Shown here piece by piece: positions 54,701-64,000 of a DNA stretch of 64,000 nucleotides; the stretch's first letter is position 1, and each line of letters begins with the position of its first letter. Under the pieces are notes generated by a model that saw only the letters and a list, made by a program, of their open reading frames with translations, did no database searches and was not told the origin of the DNA. Source of the DNA: Cycas panzhihuaensis. Its lineage: Eukaryota > Plantae > Cycadophyta. The stretch covers positions 190,471,741 through 190,535,740 of the forward strand of contig CM041465.1 of NCBI GenBank assembly GCA_023213395.1, given 5' to 3'. A program made the translations under genes and the position numbers.

Positions 54701-54854
54701 GATACCCTTAAGGTACCTCCATTATATTAAGAAAAATCATTACAATAACATTCAATATGAGACACTATATTATGTATTTATAATACAAGTCATGATAGAA
54801 GAGTAGGACCCACTTGCATGTAGGATAAATCAAATGTACATTAATATTCCAATA
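51797..54854 (-). mobile_element. Element H: complete gag-only copia derivative (TR-GAG-like) with 222-bp LTRs
   Basis: LTRs 51797-52018 and 54633-54854; perfect TSD attcc; PBS 54621-54632; PPT 52019-52027; gag KCNGEDYFFWTIKMRCLFLARGLWKIV (ORF 52938-53195) followed by an acidic tail. Confidence 0.95.
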
Positions 54855-54905
54855 ATTCCAACCTCTAGGAAGACTTCAAAACCCCACATTTACATTAAGG
54901 GGGGA

Positions 54906-55229
54906 TGTTAAAGTGTCATGTTATCTATTTATCCTAACTAATATAATCATGGTAAATTAATTTACAAATATATGTGATGTATTAATTTGATATTATTATG
55001 AGTAGACATACATAATATCATTATATTATATTAGGTACATATGTACCTATTTGAAGGGATTTGAAGTCCATTTTACTTTAATAATTTTATATCAATATAA
55101 TCTATATTCTATGGTAGGTTTTTATTGTGAGGTTTTCCATGTCAATTCTATTATGTGTTGCTTATTTTATAATTGTTATATATAAAAACGATATGTCTAT
55201 CTGTGATTTCTATCAATGGTTCTATTTCA
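54906..55229 (+). repeat. Probable 3' LTR of the copia element interrupted by H
   Basis: PPT aagggggga at 54897-54905, then tgttaaag. The right end is uncertain. Confidence 0.5.
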
Positions 55230-57399
55230 AACGTGGCATTGGTGGTTGCTAAGAAGATGACAAAGCAAAATAGTGAGATGTTATTCCTCATCTATAAGTA
55301 GCAAGATATATTGAGGTACTATGTTCTTGCTAAGGTTTTTCTTGAGGTACGAGATATATAATATGTTGTAAAATTTTATTGAGGGGAAAACCCGAGAGAA
55401 TATGTAACTTTACCAATTTGCTGAAGAACTTTATATAGACAATCATAATAAGGACTTAACTTTTAGATTTTATAATGTTTAAATGACTATTACTTATATA
55501 GTTAAAGTTAGAGGAATATAAAATCATCCACATCAAATGATTAATTAGAATGATAATGACTGATGAGTTATTTCATACAATTTTATGTTATTATAAAGTT
55601 TTATTCAAGTGGATATATAATATAGCCTATATCTTAGTAGTATAAATATTAGTGGTAAGAGTGTGATGAGATGGAGATAGATATCCATAGAGGGTCATAA
55701 AGAGGAATATGTCAATCATTGAGTGATGTGAAGATTTGTACTAATATTCTATAACAACTATCTATAAAGCCCATTAATATTGATATTCTAATGTAAAATA
55801 ATATAAATATATTTTTAAGATCTTATTAAGAACTTTAGATTGACCATTAGTTTGTAGATTATAAGCTAAGCTCATATTGAACAAGGTCCTAAAGGCCTAA
55901 AAGAGTTTCGCTAAAATGTACTCATAAATTTCAGATCTTGATTATAGAATATTAGTGATGTAAACCTATGGAGAAAAAAAATCAGATGGATATAAAGATC
56001 AACCTAGTAAGAAGCTTTGTAAGAAGTATAAATAGGTAAGAAATATTCATACTTGGTAAGTCTATTGACGACTACCAATATTGAATTAAGCCTAGTAGAT
56101 AATAGTAACCTAGTGATGAAATTCATAGCAATATCTTACCATTTATCTTGAGGAAGATTTAAAGGTTAAAGGAGGCTAGATTGAACTTCTGTATTGACTT
56201 TATTCCTCTGCAAGTATCACATTTAAAGATAAATTAAAAGTTGGCAGATTTCATATTAGGTCAATAGACGTTAGATCAATTTTTCTATATGTTTTATCAA
56301 ATCCCAAATAACTACCAAGGGGAGTGGAATGGCATTCAACTAAAATTTGATTAAAAAATAATGATATGGTGTAGATAAATATTTGATTTTAGTATAAGAT
56401 CTAGGAATTATATAATGACCAATCTTTATGACTATGAATTTTAGATACCTGCTTGTCAAACTCTAGGTGAGATAGAATTTTAGTTGCCAAGTACATTAAC
56501 TATACTGATTGGGGTTTAGAAATTGAATGAATATTAGCTTCATTAGTGAGGGGCTTTATTGGGGGTTCATTAATGAGGGACTCTATGGGGATATGAAAAA
56601 GAACATCAACAACCATATATTCCTTGCCTTTTTTATACTCAATAGATAAATCAAATACTTATAAATAGTCGATCCACTTAACTTATTCTTTTGATGGGAC
56701 TGGTTGATCTAGAAGGTGATAAAGTCTATGGTTCTATGTTATGATAATAAACTTAGAGCCTAAAAGATATTGATCCCACTTATCAATAACATGAAAAATA
56801 GTTCTCATTTCATTTTTATAAGTCAATAAATGGCATTCATGGTCTTTAAGTTTTATGATCTTTAAGTTTATAATTTTCAAATTCTATTAGGTAGAAAATT
56901 TTTACCTAAATGATATTTATGCCAAATCTCGAAGCATCACATTCTAATTAGAAGGGATAAGAGAAGTTTAGGATGGTAAGAATAGAGGAGGATGTTACAA
57001 TGGTGTTAAGATTATTAAAGGCTTGCTCTCTCTTATGACCATTCAAATACCTCTTATAGTAAATTTATGAGTGGAGCTACCAATGAGTCATAATTATGAA
57101 CAAACCATTTGATGAAAGCTTGTGAGTCTTAAGAAATCTCGTAACATAGTAGTGATTTTTGGCATATGTTATGTGGTAATGACAAAAATTTCATCTAGAT
57201 CAACTAAGACTTCTTTTGATAAAATAATATGCCCGATATATTAGAAATTATTTTTTTTTAATTTATATTTAGGTTATTTAGCATACAATTTATGTTGGGA
57301 AAGGACCCATAGGATTGTTTCTAAATGCTAAAGATGATCATATTAATTCTAATTGTAAATAAGGATATCGTTAAAAAATAATAATAATAAATTTACGAA

Positions 57400-58360
57400 G
57401 ATGAGAGTCAAAGATTTTATTCATCAGAGCTTGGAATGTTATTGGGGTATTATAGAGGCCAAAAGGCATTACTTAAAATTTAAAGTGTAAATGATATATT
57501 CTAAAGATGGTTTTGTCATAGTCTTCAGAGCTAATAGGAATTCAACAATATCCAGATTAAAGATCTAATTTAGAGAAAATAGTTACCCTATGGATTTCAT
57601 CTAGAATATCATCAATTTGGGATATGAAAATTTTATTTTTATTATAATTTTATTAAGTTCTGGATAGTCAATGTAAAGCCAAAAGGATATGTTTTTTTTC
57701 CCTACAAGGATTATTAGTATGGTATGCATGCTTTTACTTAGTCGAATGATGCCCATATCTATTTATTCATTTATTATCTTCTTGATTTTTTCTAAATATA
57801 AATTTCTATAAGGTGAAAGGCTAATTGGGTCATATGGTGATTTAAATTCAATAGCATAATGAAAACCATAGTCTAACATGGTAGTGGCTTGAAAGGGGTA
57901 AATATAAATTGATATTTATTGAGGATGTTCTATGTAAGAGGACAAATATTTATTGAAGTTTGAATGTTATTAATGTAAACGATATAGCCAATAATATTAT
58001 TTAGATACTTACACATTTAATTATGTGATACAAGTTTATTGGGAGGTGATTGGATCATATATAATTTATGTGCTTGGCCAATATGATCTTTAAATAAGAT
58101 AAATGGGTTGGTAGGAGAATTATTCATGCTATAATTACCCAATGTTTAGAGCCATTGGACCCTAAATATGAAATCAAAAGCTCCTATAGATAAGGCATAA
58201 AAATTGGATGTGAGATCATAGGTACCAATTTAAAGATAAAGGTTTTTTATAGTACCTATATAGTGTAAGGTCAGATAGTTGGGTAAGGAGTAAGTGAATC
58301 TTGTTTTTAGAATAATGTAAAGGTTTAACTGTTGATCCAAAGAAATATAAAAACATTTAA
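57400..58360 (+). mobile_element. Very decayed Ty3-type RT remnant
   Basis: IFIEDVL (xxDD-like) at ~57912 and GLTVDPKK at ~58322. Confidence 0.35.
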
Positions 58361-58449
58361 TGACAGACCATAATTAATTAATATTGACATGGGTATCTTT
58401 CAAATAGTGCCTTTTACACGAAGTGGCTCTAGGCAGGATGTAGAAGAAA

Positions 58450-59640
58450 CTATTGATAAGAATATGTAAAACTAGGAAATAGGTAATGAAGATTCTTGAA
58501 CATGCTCATCCTCAAGTTCTGGTTTAATTTTAACTTCAAAAACATCTTCAAGATTAGGGTCAATGGTGAAAATCATATGCCTTACCTTAAAACCTTTGTA
58601 TGACTAAGAACCTACTTTTCTAAGTACTTGGCATAAAGGATAGCATTTAATCAATGATTAACTTCTATAAATGAAATATGAATTGAGTATAAAGAGGAGT
58701 CTAGTGTTGGCCATTAGACTTTATCTGATCAAGGATGTTGATGTTATTGATCGAATTAGAGAGGATGTTAGTACCATGAAGAGTCTCTCCTAAAAGTAGA
58801 TGAGTGATCTATCATAAATTTTACAGGTCTACCTTGGTCATAGCATCTCTCTAACTACCTTGGTCATAGAGATGGCATCCTTTAAGGAGTGTAAGGGAGC
58901 AATATTTAAGCACATCTAAATATATTCCTTAAGACCTAAAATATAAATATCAATGAGAGTTATGTCATTGTGTTATTGAGAGACTTGGTACTTAATGTTT
59001 GAAACTTATAAGTGTACTCCTCTATTGAAGTTATTTATCTTAGTATTGTAAGTTGGTTGAAGAAAGAGTGATTCTACGAATCATTGTATTACTAAGAAAA
59101 ACTCTTAAAGAATAGGTCTTATATTTGGTTTATTGGATTCTCTTATTTTTACCATTAGAATTAATGGTGAGCTTTTCCATCTAAGTGGGTTAAAATAAGT
59201 ACTAATTGTTCCATTATTAAAATGGGATTTAAGGCAAAATATGACTAGAACTTACTAATCTATTTTAGGGTAAAATCTATATTGAGTTTAAGGTCAAAGG
59301 TTATTATGGTGATCTTCTAATGGGCTTGTGTTTATCAGGGAGTAAATGGTGGTGGTGCTCTGGAGTTATTAAAGGTGGATGGACCTATACATAGGGTACG
59401 AGAATTAGATTGTATCTACTAGAATATTCTATCTATTTTTTAATCAAGAGTACCTTATTATTATTCAAACATGTTTTATTTTTATTCAAATGAGTCATGC
59501 TTCTAGCTAGAATCCTTGACCTACTAATCCAAACTTATTAAGCCCTAATTCAATGCATCAATTTTATTAAACATTTCTTAGAAATGGACCTCAAATACCT
59601 GAATGTGCCTGAATGTGCTCTACCTATATGGGTGCCATAA
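58450..59640 (-). mobile_element. Gag fragment related to the Reina-like element at 5233-11871
   Basis: Minus strand YILGLKEYI*MCLNIAPLHSLKDAISMTK aligns with 7558-7645 (YPSRLKERIQMYLKIVSLSTLKDVINMAK). Confidence 0.75.
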
Positions 59641-60100
59641 AGATGGAATCCAATGTCATAAAGGGAAGAAAATAATTGTAAGAAAAGGGGTTGCTAAGAA
59701 GAAGGGTACTTATCAAGAGGTGAGAGAAGATAAATAGAATGGGATTTTAGGAAGTTGGGAACTAATGTAGATCGGTAGAAAAAAACAAGGGGGTGAGGGT
59801 ATCTATAGCATATTGAGCCCCCAAAAATATATAATAATGTTATCTAAAGCACCAAGATAAGTGCGAAGTGCTCATCAAATGGCATAGGTTAGATTTAAGG
59901 GTGAAAGTTAGGGGGTAGAGCCCACACAATGCCTATATGTTATACACTAAAAATGATGATTAAAGTTACCCTAGTGGAAAATGATTAGTGTACCATGTCA
60001 ATTAGGGTAATTTTGAAGTCATGGAAATCTCTTTTTCTAGAGTCTACTCATACAAGTTTTGTCTGAATTAGAGAAGTATTCCTTAAAGTGACCTTACAAA

Positions 60101-60103
<3 letters not shown>

Positions 60104-60140
<37 letters not shown>
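60104..60140. repeat. (CT)n microsatellite
   Basis: About 18 CT units. Confidence 0.95.
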
Positions 60141-60143
<3 letters not shown>

Positions 60144-60731
60144 TGAATATTTAATATAAGAGGTGGACATTAAAGTAAAATATTTGATATAGGATTAAAA
60201 AATTCTATTAAACATTTCAACAAGATGCTTAAAATTACTTTGATATTAGTTTTATAATACAAGTCAGTGTTATCATATTGTAAGATTTGTTATTATAACC
60301 ATAGTCCAAAATTATGTGGTTTAATATTATTACTTGTAATATAGATATTTCGTAAGTTTAACTACTTTATAAAAGGACTTTGGCATTATTGCTTACGATA
60401 CAAATATTTCACAAGTTCAACCACTTTATAGAAGTACAATGGTCTCAATAGTTTTGTACTAGGTCTTAAAGTACCTAGTACTTAAGAATAGGGTGTACTT
60501 AGTTCTACAGGCCCCTCAATAAACTTATTAATCATTACTATCACTTGGATCTATCTCTCAAGGCACTAACTATGGAGGAATCTATACCATAGTCATGATA
60601 GCTATGTTGGGTTCTTTGTAACGAGTGGCTTCCCAATGCTAACTATTAACTAGAGGATAAGGGGTCGAGAGGTTACTTATTCTATGTAAGGTAGGGGAGT
60701 ATATAAGGCCCCTCTGATATACTTGAAGGTA

Positions 60732-60956
60732 TGTGGAGTCTCAATGGAACTTGCAATAAGATATTCACAAATAGAACAAACAACTCCACAGGATCGAATG
60801 ATACCCTTAAGGTACCTCCATTGTATTAGCAGAACATCCTTTCAACATGATACAGATATGATACACTATATTGTGTATTTATAATACATGTCAAGATAGT
60901 GAGAGTCAGACCCACTTGCATGTGGGATAAAATAAATATGCATTAATATTCCAACA
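60732..60956 (-). repeat. Solo LTR of the element H family
   Basis: ctccacaggatcgaa...tacccttaaggtacctccatt...gcattaatattccaaca matches the H LTRs. Flanks aggta/agcta are a probable TSD. Confidence 0.85.
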
Positions 60957-61302
60957 AGCTAAGCTCTATCTAAGGCCTACATAAGCAATGTTATCTAGTT
61001 TATTTTATATACAACCATATACCCATATATACTTAGTTGAAAATGATAGATCCTTATGATGTTTAAAGAACCCTAATATAGGATATCTACCTACCATTAG
61101 GGGATATAAGGAGGAAGGGACTTGTTTCCCACTTATAATTGATTACATAACTTTTAGAAAGTAATAATAATAAAGAAAATAAAACATGAAACTGGGAGAG
61201 GGTTTTCTAGAATTTCAGTAGAGGAAAAAAAATCCTAAATTTTTCATTCCTCCAATTATTGTTCGTCTTTAGATGCACTCATGACTTAGCTCTAATACCA
61301 TT

Positions 61303-61755
61303 TAGAATGAGATTTTAATAATAATTCTCCAAACTTAATAACATAAATAAAAATCTCAGATAATATTGTAATACTATATTATAATTTGTAAGATGATTAT
61401 AAAGAAGATATCACAAGTTTAGTAAAAAAACCACCAAAAGGGGTATTGAAGTATAACCTTTACAAAATAATAAGACTAGAAAACCTTCCCTTTATAATAA
61501 GTTATCCTTAAATAAGTAAGAGAAACCGTTTTTCATAAGTTACTACTGGTAGAAAAAATTATCTTAATTTCCATCGATAAACATAAGCAACTTGTATATA
61601 AAGGTTAATGGCCAACCCTAACCATCAAATTTTCATTAGAATAAGTGTTAACCTAACCATTTCTACCTAGTGAAGAGTGGTCATATAACATAATATTCAA
61701 TATGAAAGTAGAAGACTATATTATTTGATGATCACCTCAAGGTTGGGTCCTTACA
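61303..61755 (-). repeat. Ty3 LTR with a PPT on one side (61756-61768) and a PBS on the other (61289-61300)
   Basis: gctctaatacca on the left; ...ttaca-tctccctctcctt on the right. Confidence 0.7.
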
Positions 61756-61789
61756 TCTCCCTCTCCTTAAAGAAAGAATTACCATAATG

Positions 61790-64000
61790 TCATTTACCTT
61801 ATTGCAAATAGTTTTAGGTGTTATTGCATTATATCTTTCTTTAATTCCTAAGTGACCTCTTCTAGTATTAAATGTTTTCATTGTACTATTACCTACCTGT
61901 TTATCATATTTCTTAATACCTTCTCCTTACCATCAAAAATTCTAAGTGGCTTTTCTTCAAACTCTAAATTTAGTCCTACTAGCATATTAGTGCAGTCTAA
62001 TATATACTTTGAATCTAGCACATATATTTTAAACAATAAGATGTGAAATGCATTATACACTTAAATGTTTGGTGGAAGTGCAATTTATATATAATAGAAC
62101 TTACCCTTTCTAATGTCTCAAATAGGCCACAATATCTAAGAGTAACCTTTTTATAGGCTCCCAAAATTATAGAACTATATTTCGACCTCACCCTTAAAAA
62201 TACAAGGTCACTAACCTAGAAATCCTTGGTGCTTCAAATCTACATATCTTTTATATTTATAATCTACTGCCTCTAGTTGTTATTTAAAACTTATCACCTA
62301 CGTTCCTATTTCCTATAATATATTTAGACCCAATGTATATTTGTTTTCCATGTTATTCAAACTTAGAGGTGTATTATGCCTCCTACCATATAAAGCCTCA
62401 AATAGGTTTACTCCTAAGGATAAGTAGATAGATTTATTATATACAAATTTTACAAAATATAAATAGTTCTCATAGCTTATATGTTACTCTAAAGTACACA
62501 TCTGGAGCAAATTCACAAACACTTAATAGACTCTCTAAGTTTATCCATCTATCTCAGGATGGTATGTTATGCTAAATTATAACTTGGTGCCCAACTTTTA
62601 GAATAATGATCTCCAAAATTTTGAGGTTAATTTACTATCTTTATCAAAATATATGACCTTTAACACTGAATGCAATCTGGCAATCTCCTTTATGAAGATT
62701 ATAGTAATATATGATACTATATTAGTTAAACATATTAGTATGAAATATGTATACTTAATTAGCTTGTCTAAAACAACTGAAATTATATCATATTATTTAG
62801 TGCCTCTTGGTAAGCGTATAAAAAGGTCCATTCTCATTATTTTCCACTTCCATTTAAGGATTTCTAATAATTGTAATAGTTTAATTGGGTGTTAATGTTC
62901 TACATTTGTCTTCTAACATGTCAAATATTTTTCTACATAGGTCAAGACATTATTCATGTTAGGCCAACAAAATTACCTTTTTATGGTAGCATATATCTCA
63001 TTGTAACCTAGATATCTAATATAATATGATTCATGCACTTCATGCAAAATAAGTTCTCTAATTTCAAAACTATATGGCATATAAATTCTTCGTTGATATG
63101 TCAAGGTGCCATTCTCTATTTCTTTAAACTTTGTAAACTTCCTTAGCAACTTAGAATTTATATTTTGTTATTCTTTTTGTTACTACAATATATTCTTGGC
63201 TTATCTATATAATGCATCTCCTTCATAATCTCTTAAAATAGAAGTAATTAAATATGATTTTAGCATACTTAGAACATTAATATAGTGTATTCAACTTGGA
63301 GAATCAATGACCTTATTCTGTTTGTCTTTGTCATAGCAAAATTCAAAATTAAATTTACTCATATATTTTATCCATCTACATTATTTGGTATTTAATTGTG
63401 GTTGGGTGAAGATATACTAAAGAATGTAATGTTCTATTCAAAGTTTAAATTTTTTCCCTAATAAATAGTGTTACAAAACCTTGAATGCATGCACAAGATA
63501 GTGTTTTTCATACAATTTCAACTTTTTGGACTTATAAACCACCATCTTTTGGCTCCACATAAGAATAACACCAAGCCCCTCCAAGTTAGCATCCATACAA
63601 ACTAAAATATCCATGTCTAGATGTAACACAGTTAATATAGGTGTTAATATAAGCATATTTTTCAATAATTAAAATATCTTTTTACATATCTTAGTCCATA
63701 TAAACTTAGTATTTTCCATTTATGAAGAAGTAATTGGGATTGTGATCTTAGGAAAATCTCTTTTATACTTCTTGTAGTATCTTATAAGCCCCATAAAAGT
63801 TCGTACCTCTTATAAACTATGAGGGGAAGGTTGATCCATGACTTCCTATATTTTCTAAGAGTCTATGAAGATGCTTTAAGTTAAGATGATATGCTCTAGG
63901 TAATGTACCTAACCTTTATAAAATTCACACTTACTAAATTTTACATACAACTTATGCTCCCTAAGTAATTGTAATACTATTTATAAATTCCTCTCGCATC
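61790..64000 (-). mobile_element. Degenerate Ty3/gypsy pol (RT end, RNase H, integrase), Tekay-like; runs off the window
   Basis: VCMDANLEGLGVILM..KMVVYKSKKLKLYEKHY (RNase H); integrase motifs KWKIMRMDLF and PFEALYGRRHNTPL. Confidence 0.88.

Noticed and set aside
44311-55229. One intact copia element
   Set aside because: The candidate 5' and 3' LTRs do not align and no TSD was found.
55230-57400. Possible decayed retroelement coding region
   Set aside because: Too degenerate to assign a domain by eye.

Overview
AT-rich plant genomic DNA with no intact host gene. The window is almost entirely nested, decayed LTR retrotransposons that are heavily C>T/G>A mutated. It holds a full-length Reina-like Ty3/gypsy chromovirus (5233-11871, TSD gttaa), an internally deleted Ty1/copia element (20546-26857), further copia and gypsy pol/gag remnants, solo LTRs and microsatellites. 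The most notable content is a group of non-autonomous, gag-only copia-derived elements. Two complete members (29640-35620 on -, 38754-43845 on +) share one layout: ~400-bp related LTRs, a tRNA-iMet PBS duplicated inside the LTR end, a long leader with a patchwork of host gene fragments, a conserved motif, then a truncated gag, PPT and LTR. The host fragments resemble B-type cyclin, ERD15, LanC-like GCR2/GCL and ZFPL1. Two more elements show the same doubled PBS (36-43 nt spacing). All protein assignments are by eye from remembered family motifs; no search was run. Boundaries marked ~ or given low confidence are approximate.
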